Origin: the human T2T-CHM13v2.0 reference genome, Homo sapiens
DNA: 64,000 nucleotides
Assembly (NCBI RefSeq): GCF_009914755.1
Contig: NC_060935.1
Strand: one strand, 5' to 3'
Part shown: positions 25,383 to 38,374 of the stretch, piece by piece
Position numbering within the stretch: position 1 is the stretch's first letter
Layout of the letters: every line of letters starts with the position of its first letter
Position numbers and translations under genes: made by a program
The notes under the pieces: generated by a model
What the model saw: the letters and a program-made list of their open reading frames with translations, nothing else
What the model was told of the DNA's origin: nothing
Database searches by the model: none

Positions 25383-27135
25383 GATCATTGCATTGTTTTG
25401 CATGAGAAAGAACTGTTCCACTTAAGAAAAAACAGTTATGTGGAGGTGCTGTGTGTGGAGGTTATAAGAACTAAAACGACAAAGAATGTGAGAAGCAAGG
25501 CCAGGAGAGCCTTGCTGACTTGAGGCGGGGGTACCTTGTGATCAGTGATCAGGGGTGAATCCCTGGGTGAAATTCCTGAAGGACTTTGATGGGTGGATGA
25601 CTGGCATTCAGTTCTAAGTCTGTTTCCATTTGCTCTAGTGAAAACCCCTCTTCTACTCCTCAAAGTCCTGGTTGATTTTACCATACACAATATGCTCTGC
25701 AGAGTGGGTCTTTTTGTGGCAATCAAAGACGGAGCCTACTTTTCTATCTTAGCCTTCTGTGGACCAGGGAGCAATATAGAGCTGATAAAACGAGCCATTA
25801 ACTGTGAAAAACCCAAAGATGACCGGGGCAAGGTAACCCCTCTCGCTGATCCAGACTTCCACAGGGGCATGAAGCCAGGAGCAGGGAGACCCCAGCTCAC
25901 TTGGGTTAAACAGGCAGAAATAGCGCAGGTATTTACTCAATGTGGAATTTATTTAAAGACTTTATCAAAGCCTACCTTTAGAAGATGCTGTATGGAGAAA
26001 GAATTCCCTCGTTGAGTATTTTCAGGTTGCGTCAAGACTCCCAGCTCCCTGCTAAGCATTTCCTCCTGAGGCAGCTGATATCAGCTGTCCTCTCTTCTCT
26101 CTTAGTCAGCAAGAAAAGCCAGGGGGTTCCTTTCTTTTCTTTTCTTTTTTTAAGGCTAACATATACATGGACTGTTTTCTTTCTTTGAGGGTGGGAGAAA
26201 GGGAAAACTTAAGTCATTTGTCTTTTCTTTCCCATAAGTGATCATATAGTATCAAATACTATTCAAGTATTTGCAAAATGGTTACACTTCTGAGGCACAT
26301 GTTGTTCCCCCTCCCAACCCTTCTGAAAGAGGACTCCAAATGTAATAAAGTGGGCTCCAGAGAAATCCGTTTGTTTATTCCAAATATTTCAGCTAACGAG
26401 AAAGCAAATTGGAACTCCCTTTCCTCAGGGGCTTTGCAGCCAAGCTCTCTGTCACGGCCCTTGGCACGGGCACTCTGGTCTGTTCCCTCTGCCTCCTGGG
26501 TCCTGTGGGGCTCACGCTCTCTCCAAGTTTGTCATTATGAGAAGCGCCATCCCTCACATGGGGCTCACTCCTGCAGATGCCCAAAGTGTGCCCCCCCGCC
26601 AGCCTCTCCAGTCCTACCTCCCTCGCTCCACCGCAGCCCTCCCTCTCTGCAGGGCTCCCCGCTCATCTGTCATCCTTCTGTGTGGCTCTTGGCAAGAAGC
26701 TTCTTTTGATGGATCCCACAGACTTCTGACCCCACTTTGAAGTCCCTATAGCTTAATCAAACATGCCTACCTCAAGACTCAGTGCTGCCCCTTTAACTGG
26801 CCTACAAAGTCTTTAGGGCAACCCGAGGGACCCGAGGGGCTCAGTTGCCTCCTGTGTGACAGAATAATAAGGAGGTCTGGGGGAAAAGAAGAGAAGTGAG
26901 TGTTATGTTCTTTTCCAGGCAGCACTGAGAAAGCCAGGCTTCCTCTTGGAAGGAAATAGGGCTGCTGCTGCTAGCCACCACCCTCCAGCTCCAAGGACAG
27001 GAGAGCTCAGGCTTGGTGGTAGGCTTGGGCTAGATCCCAGCTCTGTGCGGCTGCGACTAACCTTGGGCAGGCCACTTTGGCAGAGTTCATGACTGTTACT
27101 CACCTTTTAAGGTCATCGTGACTAAAGAATTTAGC

Positions 27136-27212
27136 ATATGTACCCCATAAATATGTACAACTGTACCCCATAAATATGTACAACTGTTATGTGCACATAA
27201 AAAAAATTAAAG
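27136..27212 (+). mobile_element. Very short L1 (PB/MA-type) 3' end with 23-bp tandem duplication, inside a MIR
   Basis: tgtaccccataaatatgtacaac twice (27139-27161, 27162-27184), then an A-tail. Confidence 0.75.
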
Positions 27213-27749
27213 CAAGCTTAGAAAAACTTTAAGTACTTAGCACAGTATGTGACCAAAAAAAGTACGATCTCAAAAAGCATTCACTATTATTGTTACTTCC
27301 AGTGGTCAACCTCAGTGAACTATAAAGCATTTACTGGAGAGCCCACTTTTGCTGTTCCCACTGAGTTTTTAAGAGTCCAAGAGCAAGGAGAAGTAAATTT
27401 TTGCTGTTTAAGATTATACTGCATATTCATATCACATTAATTATCAGTACTGCAAGTCCTAAGGTTACAGAATATTCATAATGATGATAATTTAAATGGC
27501 TACTATCTATTGTCCATTTGCCTTGGACTAGGTACTGGACTGATCTATTGAAATATACCAATACTATTTGGATAAGTTTTATACTTTACATTTTACATAA
27601 AAGGAAACTGAGACTCTGGAAATTTGCATGACTTATTTAAGGGTCACATCACAGCCTCAGCAGGAAATAGCACAGCCCATCTACACGAGATAATGATGCA
27701 CCCGGAAACTAACAACAGTGAAAAACTGTTATCAACCCTAGGCTCAAAG

Positions 27750-28100
27750 GAGTTGGGTGAGGGGCAGAGGGGAGGAATTATGTTATCACACCCCAGGGAG
27801 AGCTGGAGCCATAGAAGAGAATCCACCCACCATTACCTGCTGCCATAGCAGGGAGGCAAGGAAGGAACAGAGGGAAATGGTGCACTGGGGTTAAATACCC
27901 CATACACCAACCACTCTCTCTTCCCAATCTCTGATATCTTGCTGGTGCCTCCCACTGGCTGAACTCCATAGGAAGCCAGAGGACAAGGGAGCTGGAGTGA
28001 TTCGGTCTATAGAGATCAGCCTCCCTGGGCACAGGGAAAAGCAGAGGAGGGATAAGAATGGATGGTGGCCTGAGGGGTGCAAATGAAGAAAAACCAACAA
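27750..28100 (-). mobile_element. LTR16-like ERVL LTR
   Basis: ggtgcctcccactggctgaactccataggaagccagaggacaagggag...cagcctccctgggcacag. Confidence 0.7.
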
Positions 28101-28283
28101 GAGTCGCCAACTTCTAAATGGGAAATCTAGGACCTCAATCAATTTGTTAGTCCAATACCAAGCACAGTCTCCACCACCAGAAGATAGTAAGTAATACAGG
28201 GTGGTTGAGTAAACTAGTCATCCTAGGGTGGAGTCCAACTATAAAAGTAGTGAGGGAAAATTACAGAATACTACAAAAAAGAG

Positions 28284-28765
28284 TATAAACCAAAAATAAA
28301 ATGTTAAGCCCCTCAACTGACTGAGTGGATTCCCCTCTTGGCCAAAGGAATCCCAAAGAAACCTGAAAAAGTAGCTCAGGCCATGACACAAAGAGAGGGT
28401 TGGACATGCCTCATTATACCCTCCTCCCTTTGGAGTTTAGACACAACTGACCAGCACCAATATTAAAACAGAGATCTTGTGGTCAGGCATGGTGGCTCAC
28501 ACCTGTAATCCCAGCACTTTGGGAGGCCAAGGCAGGTAGATCACCTGAGGTCAGGAGTTCAAGACCAGCCTGGCCAACACAGAGAAACCCCATCTTTACT
28601 AGAAAATACAAAAATTAGCTGGGTGTGGTGGCAGGTACCTGTAATCCCAAGTGAGAGGCTGAGGCAGGAGAATTGCTTGAATCCAAGAAGCAGAGGTTGC
28701 AGTGAGCTGAGATCGCACCACTGCACTCCAGCCTAGGTGACAGAGTGAGACTCTGCCTCAAAAAA

Positions 28766-28796
<31 letters not shown>

Positions 28797-29484
28797 ATCA
28801 GAGACCTTAAGACTGACAAAACAGAATCTCTGTAGCAATAAGATGCCAAATTTCAACTTGACTCTGGTATAGCATCACATGACGGATAACAGGCTCTGAA
28901 TGAAATCAAAGTATTTTACCCCAAAATATATTCCTTTGACATATTCTAAAAAGGCCCTAAAAGGCTATCTGTTATGGGGAAAGTTTAATTCTGGAGAGAA
29001 TCTCCTTCCTTTACTAGGTCTTTTCCTGGAGAGTTTGACACCTTTTAGGATCAGATGAGAGACATTCACCATCTCTTCACTCTAGGTAGCAGTCTTCTTC
29101 TACAGGACAAGAATGTTGGCTTTTATGACTCCCTTATCTAAACTAAATAATTTATTTATGCTGAATTCAACTCTTTAGGCAGAGCTTACTCTTTCAACCA
29201 ATTGCCAATCAGGAAATCTTGGAATCCACCTATGACCTGAAAGCCCCCACTTCGAGATGTCCTGCCTTTCCGGGCCAAACCAATGTATACCTTCCATGTA
29301 TTGATTTATGTCTTTGCCTGCAACTTCTGTCTTTCTAAAAGTATAAAACCAAGCTGTAACCCAACCATCTTGGGCACATGTTCTCAGGACCTCCTAAGAC
29401 TGTGTCACAGGCCATGGCCCTTAACCTTGGCAAAATAAACCTCTAAATTGATTGAAATGTGTCTCAGATACTTTCTGGTTCACA
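28284..29484 (+). mobile_element. MER4-group (MER4D-like) ERV1 solo LTR containing an Alu
   Basis: t(a)taaaccaaaaataaaat...ggacatgcctcattataccctcc...aataaacctctaaattgattga...tggttcaca. Confidence 0.85.
28481..28797 (+). mobile_element. AluSx-like with (AAAT)n tail
   Basis: Full dimer with gatcacctgaggtcaggagttc; TSD aaa(a/t)cagaga(t/c)ctt. Confidence 0.96.
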
Positions 29485-29489
29485 AAAGC

Positions 29490-29915
29490 AATAGAAAGAA
29501 AATAAATCTGAATCGAATTCAGGGTCCACTACTGAAACACTTTGTGACACTGGGCAAGTTTACTCAGCCTTCCCAAGCCATGGCTTCCTCATCTGTGAAG
29601 CTAGAAGAATTGTCCTAGAGCATATGTCTATTGTCAGAATTAAGTGACATAAAGGATAAAAAGTGAAAGGCACTGTCACATTGGTTACAAGAGCTGACTT
29701 GGGAACCAGACTGCCCAGTTCAAATTCTGGTTCCCCCACTTCCTACCTGGATTACCTGAGACAAGGTAGTGAACCTCTTGGTGACTCAGTTTTCTCTGCT
29801 GTGAAATAGACTATAATAAGAGCATGTACCATATAGGGTTGTTGTGATGATCAGATGACTTTCTGAAAAACACTTAGTAAAGTTACTTGACACTTAATAA
29901 GAGCTCAGCAAATTT
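29490..29915 (+). mobile_element. Two tandem MIR elements
   Basis: tgtgacactgggcaagtt...ttcctcatctgtgaa and aacctcttggtgactcagtttctctgctgtgaaa...atagggttgttgtga. Confidence 0.8.
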
Positions 29916-30459
29916 TGGCTGCTTTTACTGAAGTACTTCACACACTTCCTATTGCACCACGAGTAATAACCTGGAGTTCACCTTCTGGGTGGGGTAAGAG
30001 TAAGAATAAGATCTGTGCTTTTATGTCTTTTGTTTCTCTTCTTTCCAGAACACTTGGACCCTATGTCAAAACCCAGATCCAAAGATTTATCCTTGCTTTG
30101 TTTCCCAGAAGGAAGCAAATGACTTTCAGTATCTCATTCATGTAGTAAGTTTTCTGACATTTTGTTGTAGACAGGCATTGCATTGCATGCCACACAGCTT
30201 CAGCTATGTTGTTGCCTCTCATCCTTCTCTTTGACTCCTTTGCATGGTGCCTGTCCCCTAGTTCTCAGCTCACTGTGAAACTGATAGTCCCCACTGTGCT
30301 TAGCACTGGAGAACTGCAGGCCAGTCTGTCACTAGCTGCTATTTTTGGGGAAAGCAGCCCTGCCAAGCCACCTGCCTCAGCCCACACCCCAACCTCACCC
30401 TCCCACACAGTAGAATTCTGGTGAATTCAATATTCTCCATCTGGCTACATGGCACTCAG

Positions 30460-30680
30460 TAGATTCAACAAACACCTACCATGTGCTAGAAACTCTTCAA
30501 GGCCCTGGAGATATAGCAATGAAAAAGTAGGCAATGATGCCTGCCCTTGTAGAGCTTATATTCTGGTAGGAAAGCTATGGAAAAGAGTGAAGCAGAGAAG
30601 GGGGATAAGGTGTTATAGCATAAGCATGAGCGGGGATTACAACTTTCAATAGGGTGGTCTGAGAAGACCTTATCTATACG
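30460..30680 (-). mobile_element. L2 3' fragment
   Basis: attcaacaaacacctaccatgtgctag...cctgcccttgtagagcttatattctggt. Confidence 0.75.
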
Positions 30681-31169
30681 GTGAAATAGTATGAAATGTT
30701 TCACAGATTTGCATGTCACAATAAATGTTAGTTCTTAATATTATTATCGGTCCAAGAAAACATAAGTTTCTGACAAGCTATATACTCAATTGCTTTCTCT
30801 CTACTGATGCTGGGGACATGTAACAGGCAAGGTTTGAGAATCACTGCCTGGATACTGGGGGGTCATTGCAAGGATAGAAGATAATATAGGGTAACCTGGA
30901 GCACCACAGACTTCTCTCTGTTCAGCTGCTCTCAGACCCAGCACTTTGAAGGCTGAGATATAGAGCAGCTGTCACAGAGAACTGGAACACTCTTGGGAAT
31001 AGGGACTCTCAGCTCATGTAATTCATTTTTTTCTGAGTATAATTAGGAAGTAAGTGTTAGCTGGATTGCTGACATCCAGTATGGACTCCCCTGTTAGGGA
31101 GAGCTTTGAAATAAGTCATTTCAAAGGCTGCAGCTTCCCTCATTGCCATCTATAGTTTAATGACCTTGG

Positions 31170-31600
31170 TTTGATGTGGAATAGGTCAGAATAGACCAGA
31201 TTACACTGACGTAGTAAATTAACTGAATGAAATCCCAGGAGTTTAAGAGAACAAAGATTTATTTCTTCCTCATGTAACCTCCATGGTGGGTCTCACTGAC
31301 CCTTTAGGACAGGTATTACCCACAAGGTGATTCAAGGATTCAGGCTGCTTCAATCTTGTGGCTCCATCAATTCTATACAAGGTTCCCTCCTCAATAGCAG
31401 AGGAATACAGCACATCAGGATTTCACACCTGCTCCTCTGTGTTTCAGCCTGGAAGTGGTGAGCATGCCTTCTGCTCATATAGATTCATTGGCCAGGACTA
31501 GTAACATGGCCTCACCTTCTGAAGGTAAGGCCAAGTGATTAGTTGCCTACAGGAAAAAAAGTGAGCTGAATGTTGGGAAACATTAGTAATGTCTACTGCA
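31170..31600 (-). mobile_element. Old MLT1-type LTR
   Basis: aacaaagatttatttcttcctcatg...cattggccaggactagtaacatggcc. Confidence 0.6.
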
Positions 31601-32509
31601 GTCACTTGTCCCTTCTCCAGGCAAATGGGCAAGACAGTAGAAATGGTTGTACTCCATGCACATAGTTTCAGCCTTGCAGTTTTGTACAGAAAGAATGGCT
31701 TAGAGATATTTACTCTGGAAGGTATATGTTAGAGCTCCCTGGACAACTTCCCAGGACACACCCGAAACAAAACATGACTATAAGCTTCTTAAAAGTTATT
31801 TTCAAACTTAATGACAGTGTTATTTCTTAAAGAGATAGTCCACAAATTTATGAAGACCCCATAGCTGTAGCTTGCCGAAACTCATACCAAGTGAATACAT
31901 AACCTCGTCCCAAGAGCAAGGGATTATTTAATTAGCTTCCTTTAGGGGTTGTATTGATTAAACGACTCAGTTATACAAAACACTCATGACCCCTGGTTAC
32001 CTATATCTGATACTTATTGGTTCCCACAATTTGCCAAGTATTAGAGAAGGTCTTCTAGAAGAGATAGTCTTAAGCTTTCTTTATCATGTTGATTTCCCAC
32101 ATTATGAGATTATCCTTGCCTCCAACTGGCACTGGGCAGTCATAGCATTAAAACTCACACTATGGGTTAGTTTTGGTGAGTGGAAGGGAGTGGGGGAAAG
32201 TTATGCTAACTCAATCATGAGTAGTGATAAGCACCTGCCCATCATATCACCTAAAGTGGTGCTATTACTGTTCATAGCATCTGCTTTCTCTAAACTCCTC
32301 TTATGCATGGGATCCCATTACACAAACTTGCCCTACACATTAATGACATCCACATTCAACACTGTCTTCATCAGCTTCACTTCTCTATCTTCTCTTAGTA
32401 GTGGCTCAGTAATTACTTAACATTTTCTGATATGTTAACATCCACAGGAAGGGTTCTTCTTGGGCACTTAGGGGATTCATGAAAGGACTTCTGGTGGGGG
32501 ATATAATCC

Positions 32510-32616
32510 TAGGGTGACCAACTGTTTCAGTTTTCCTGTCCTGGTATTAGAACTGAAAGTCCTGCATCCCAGGAAACCCCTCAGTCTGGAGCACACTGGG
32601 ACGGTTGCTCACCCTA
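32510..32616. mobile_element. MER81 (hAT-Blackjack MITE) nested in a hAT-Charlie element (about 32448-32735)
   Basis: TIRs tagggtgaccaac / gttgctcacccta; degenerate 8-bp TSD tataatcc/cataaacc. Confidence 0.85.
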
Positions 32617-32904
32617 CATAAACCCAAAGAAATTATGTGGATATTTTGGTGCATGTACAAATATACATTTTCCTAGAGAGTCCAGGGGCTTTATTTACAT
32701 CCTCAAAGGGCTCATAAAAAGTGAATAAAGCCACCGATTTCCAATACTGTGGAAGAGCAGAGGATTACAAACTTCTAATACTCCTTCTCACTCCTACAAC
32801 TCCACAAATGGCAGCATGATTCTATCTCTGTTAGCATTAGGATTAATCTGCAAATAATATGGACAGTACAGAGGACTGTGCAAATACTCATTTTACTTCC
32901 ATTA

Positions 32905-33690
32905 CTTATACTCATTCATTTATTCCACAAACACATGTTGATACTGACCTATACCCAGGCAATAGAGAGGGAGCAAGATGGTTTAGTCCCCGCTTCCCCC
33001 AGCTTACAATCTCAATGGGGATTGAGATTTACAACAGTAAAGTAGTAACACTTACAAACAGTAAGTAGCGAGGAGATAAACACATTTTTTTTCAGACAAC
33101 AATGGATACCATGAAAAATAGAAAGGGTAATGTGATACGTAGAGATTGGAAGACGCATACTTTAAGGAAGGTGGTTAGGAAAAGCCTCTCTAAGGTAGGA
33201 ACATTTGTGCTGAGGTCCAGTGAGTCATGCAGAGATGTGAAGAAGGTTGTTCAGACAGAGGTGGTGCAGAGGCAAAGGCCTTGAGGGAGGAATGAGCTAC
33301 AGAAAGAAGACTGGTGTGATGGGAACATAGAGAGAAGCAAGTGCAATGGTATCAGATGCAGTAGAAGAGATAGAGGCCATGCAAAGAGTCTGAATTTCAT
33401 TTTATATCCAGTAGGAAGCAATTGGAAGTTTTTTGAGCAGGGTAGTGACCTGATCTGACTTCCATCCTTTTCACAATCTTCCTGGTTGCTGTGAGGAAAA
33501 GGGATTACAGAGAACAAGAACAAAAGCTAGAGGACCCTTTCTTCCAGGTGAGAGAGAAGAGTGCCTTGGACTCAGGTGTAGGCAGTAGAACTGCAGGGAC
33601 GCAGTCTGATTGGAGACATATTCTGGAGGTAGAGACAACAGAACTGGATACTGGGAATGAAGGAGAAAGGACAATCAAGAGTAATTCTGT
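32905..33690 (-). mobile_element. L2a fragment
   Basis: ctcattcatttattccacaaac...ggaagtttttgagcagggtagtgacctgatctgactt. Confidence 0.85.
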
Positions 33691-35069
33691 CATTTATTTC
33701 TTAAATGCCTGTCTCCCCTTCGAGGCTGTGAGGGCCTTCCTGGCCAGAAGGGTACCTTTCCATGTGCTTCACCAACTAGCACAGGGCTTGGCATATGGTT
33801 CTTCTTTATAAATATTTGTAGGTAATGAATGGATAAGTGCCTATAAGACAAATAGTATTTGGTCTCTCTGCTCCTGAACACAAAAGAGAAAGGGGAAATG
33901 GGGTGAAGAAGAACTCATAATGTTTGTAGTTACAGCAGCAGCCACTGTTCTAACCAGGTTATAAAAACATAATTCCTGAGATCTGGTCTCAGGAAGATGG
34001 GAGATAGAATGAATCCTATGCAGACATAAGAAAGAAAGATGACCTGGGAGAAGCACTGTGCTTCCTAGGAAGTACCAAATGCTACTCCACACTGGCCCAC
34101 ATATGAGGTTCCTATGTTGACCTATTTAGTGTTTCTGAATTGCTCAAAGGTGACTCCTTATGTTGTCCTCCCCATCTTGTTTCCTGTCTTCCCTTCAAGG
34201 GATCTTTATATATTCTATGGATTATCTCCTGACAATAAGATTATCTAATTGCTCTTCTTTAACATTCTCCTTCAGATCTGAAAATGTTTCCCTGTTTCTC
34301 TCTGCAGACTTTGGCCAGAAGAATTTTTTTCCTACATTGACTCATCTAGTTCCTACTTGTTTTACAACATGACAGCCTAAATTTGAACTAGGAGATTTTA
34401 CATATAATCTTCAGGGAAGCTTCTTCATTAACATTTTTAAGCAAGCACTGAAGAGTTTTCTCTCATCACAACAGATGGTGGAGTTATTTTATAGGTATGA
34501 AAATCAGTGCTTCATTTCTCAACAACAGTAAGGTCCTCAGCACTGAAATATTTTAATACTTTGTTGTGGGCTTTAAGCACAAGTCCACAAACGCATTTAA
34601 TACTTAAATCATGCCCAGTGCCTGGCACATAGTAGAAGCTCAGTAAAATGGCTATTGAATAACTGAATGAATGGATAAATCAATCAAACAAAGCATATTT
34701 TTATGCAGCCTATAATTAATTACATCATTTCAGCAGACATGTCTGCCAGGCCTCCAACATCTTTTGAATTGGCTACAGATGAAAATGTTGAAACTGGACC
34801 TCACTTCCTAGCAGCTCCTCTTTTCGTAGCCAAATAGTCTCCATGCCTGTTTGTTTATGTATCACAGATGCCCATAGAACAGATAGCACAGAAATGATTT
34901 AAATCCATCCAGCATCAATGAAATGGATGGTCGAGACAGCACACCATGGGTGTGGCAGCCCAACACTGTCACAGGTGGTGACTAGACAGGTGTTTGATGA
35001 TCCAGTTATTGCCCCTCCACAGAAGTTTCCTGAATGGAAAATAAAACTTGTGGGCAACATTCATAAAAT

Positions 35070-35600
35070 TTGTTTTTATAGCATTATAAAAGTACATGTT
35101 CATGTAACAAATAATAAAACATATATAAAATAAACTTTTTAAAGCCACTCCTCAACTCCCTTCCTTCCCCCACCTCCTCATACCCAATTCAAATGGCTAC
35201 AAAGATTGCTATTATCAAGAGATTGATATTATCCTTTCACACATTTTTCTATGCACACGTGTTCTTTTCCTTTTATATAACTAGCTATACTATACATTTT
35301 CTGCAACTTGCCATATTTAGTTAACAGAAAGTTGTAGACATGATTCCATGTCAGTATAGAGAGATGTGCTTTTTTCTCTCTAATGGCTTTCACATATGGC
35401 ATTGTAAGTTGCTTCTAGTTTTTTTGCTATGAACAAACAGCACTTTGTGACCATTTTTATACATATATCTTTGTGCATTAACTCATAGGATAAATTTCTA
35501 GAAGCAGAATTGCTGAGATAAAGGGTAGACACATTTAAAATTGTGATTGATAGCCCTTACAAAATGGCTGTACCAATTTATATTCTCAGAAAGTCTTTTA
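35070..35600 (-). mobile_element. L1ME-type 3' fragment
   Basis: ttctgcaacttgc...ttccatgtcagta...ggataaatttctagaagcagaattgctg. Confidence 0.7.
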
Positions 35601-36572
35601 TTTGGTAAATTTTCCTGAAAATAAAGGTGGAAAAGATGAAGAATGGAAACCAGGAATTTTGACTCGGGAGGTAGAGCAAAGAAGCCACAAAAACAATGGC
35701 AAAGTCTCTTCACCATCTTGCCTCTGGCTGGACCTGCTGAGCTTGATGCATGGTACCAAAGAACTGAGAGAACAATCTGCTGGTTAATAAACACTTCTCA
35801 GCAAGTCAGGGCTTGCAAAGTCAGTTTCTCAGTAATAGATACTTAAAAAAAAATAGAAGGCTTGAAGACAGAATATTTTCTAGTCTACCTATCTGGTTTT
35901 GTTCAAGGATCTCTGTACTTCACTCCAGGAGATGAGAGGGCTTTTGGACAAGACTTTCTTTCAAAAACAACAAGTACAAAATGTTTGAGTGGTGGTAATT
36001 TAATTCTAACACCCCTCAGAATTCCCAGAAGAAACAAGATCCAGAGCAATAGATGATTGAGTCATTCCAGCAAAATGGAGTTTAGGGGACTGATGTCGGT
36101 AAATTGGCTCTTTCTGGCCTTCCCTAGCTATATTAATAAAAATCTCGTGAAGCCTTTTAACCCTTTGCTTGTCAAGCTCTGAAGCAATCCATTGCCATTG
36201 CCCTGCTTGAATTTTCCAAGAGTGGAACAAAAAGATATCTGATCCCAAGATAAAATCCCATAAGTACCATCACGTGTTGCCAAGAAACTTTCCTCTTGAA
36301 AAGCAGGAATGAAAATTAAGTTTGTAAAGGAAAAACAAATCCCAGAAGCAGGAAAGCTTGCCGCTGGTATTTTCTCAAAAGGATCACCTTCAATGTTAGA
36401 AAAACTAGCAACTCCATTTGTATCCCCTCTCCCTTTTCTGAAGTCATTGTCAGCCAGGTTTTTTCCTCTGTTGAGGAAAGTTTTAGTAATTCATTTCCAT
36501 GACCCCTACATTATCCATATCCGCCTGATGAGTTGCCTGTCAATCATACAAATGAGAAATATCTAGGACATA

Positions 36573-37210
36573 CAGGTCAATTCTCATTATTCACAGTAGT
36601 TATGATCTATAAAGTTGCCACAAACACTGAATTCAAGAATACTATACCATTGCTCCGAGTGAAAATACAGGTTCAGTTCCTGCCAGCCTGTGGTCACATT
36701 TTCATCAAACGAGCAACACATAACCTTGTTTTATATATGTTTCTGTTTAAAGATATCTAGTTTAATATAGATTGTTGATTCACTAATATTGAACTCAGCC
36801 AACAGCACTGTGACTCACGGCTGAGGGAAGTTTAACATATATTATTTTCTCCCCAAGGCACATCATGGCCTTCTTGTACTTAAAACACTAGACAGCACTT
36901 TAGCACCACACTTGGGGCCATTTTAAATAGCAAAATCACCAATACAAAGCACTAAAACACAAAAAACATGGCACTAAATACACCACATTTGTTTATAGCA
37001 TGAGAGCTGAAAACAACAAGGTAGAGCACAGCCTTGTTCAGTCTCCACCAGGAATATGTGTTGGGTGGCTCAAATTTTTTGCCACTCTGTGCATGCTTGT
37101 GAATGGCCATGAAAGCATCATGAGTATTGATTTGGGGGTTACGAATACATTTTAGCAAGCAGGTGGATTCCCAAATATACACAGAATCTGCAAATATTGA
37201 GGATTCACTG
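36573..37210 (+). mobile_element. MER82 (TcMar-Tigger non-autonomous), near full length
   Basis: TIRs caggtcaattctcattattc / aatattgaggattcactg, flanked by TA on both sides. Confidence 0.88.
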
Positions 37211-37554
37211 TATTTCCACTCGGGCCTGGTCAGACCTCCCCATGAGGTAATCTACCCCTCCATGGCTCTTCTCACCTCCTCTGGGTGTGGCCCAGTTTGG
37301 CCTGGACAGCTCCAAGAAGTGGGGCATGAGGGAGCCTCTTTGTGAAGGTGCCGACCGAGGCACTAAGGAGAGGCAATGTGGAATAAACCTCTCCCCTCCT
37401 CCCAGGCTACTTATCAATACTGGGTGAGAAACAGGCTCACAAATAATGATGTGAAACCCAATGTAGTAAGTGGCATTAAAGACCAATCAGATGAAAGAGA
37501 TGGTATGAAGTAAGAAGGCATGAGGTACTTCCTACAGTTTTCCTTAGTGTTCTT

Positions 37555-37980
37555 TATTCTTTTTTTTTAAATTCTCAGCTCTTATTTTAGATACAGGGGG
37601 CTTATGTGTAAGATTGTTACATGGGTATATTGGACTCAGGTAGTAAGCATAGTACCCAATAGGTAGTTTCAACCCATGTCCTCATCCTTCCCTCCACTCT
37701 CTAGGAGTCTGCAATGTCTGATGTTCCCATGTTTATGTCCATGTGTGCTCAATGTTTAGCTCCCACTTACAAGTTAAAACATACAGTATTTGGTTTTCTG
37801 TTCCTTTGTTAATTTGCTTAGGATTATGGCCTCCAGCTCCACCCACATTGCTGCAAAGGACATTATTTCATTCTTTTAATGGCTGCATAATATTCCATGT
37901 TGTAAGCATACCACATTTTCTTTATCCAATCCACTATTAATGGGCACCCAGGTTGATTTCATGTGTTCACTGTTGTGAGT
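37555..37980 (-). mobile_element. L1PA13-16/L1PB-type 3' end
   Basis: ttgttacatgggtatattg...catagtacccaatagg...gctcccacttacaag. Confidence 0.88.
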
Positions 37981-38057
37981 ATAATTTACTCTTAATTAAA
38001 TTTCTTGTATTACAGCACAACAATAATAATCTTTTCAGATGAGATAGTGGGAAGAAA

Positions 38058-38165
38058 ATTGTCAGATTCAGGAAATAAAAATATAGAACATCTAATTAAA
38101 TTTGAATTTTGAATAAACAACAAATGATCCTTTAGTATACTTCATGCTTATACTAAATACTTTAT
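38058..38165. mobile_element. MER53-like hAT fragment
   Basis: cagattcaggaaataaaaatatagaacatctaattaaatttgaattttgaataaacaac. Confidence 0.65.
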
Positions 38166-38374
38166 ACATATAGGTTGGTATCAGCATCCACTGCCATGAA
38201 CAGCCAAGAAGGGGAAGAGATGGGGAGGTGGGAGATGCCTGGAAGCTAAGGGCAAGGGCAAGGTGAGGAGGAAGAAAGGTTTTTCTTCCTAGCTACATTA
38301 ATTCCTAACCAAAAGTTACTTAGATTTTGCTAAACTACTGGGTTTTTTCATCTTTTTTTGTATTTTCTTAAATG

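Noticed and set aside
25593-26709. 140-aa and 143-aa ORFs as genes
   Set aside because: No recognisable homology or domain; such lengths arise by chance in GC-richer DNA.
31986-32420. 144-aa hydrophobic ORF
   Set aside because: No recognisable family; composition reflects T-rich sequence.
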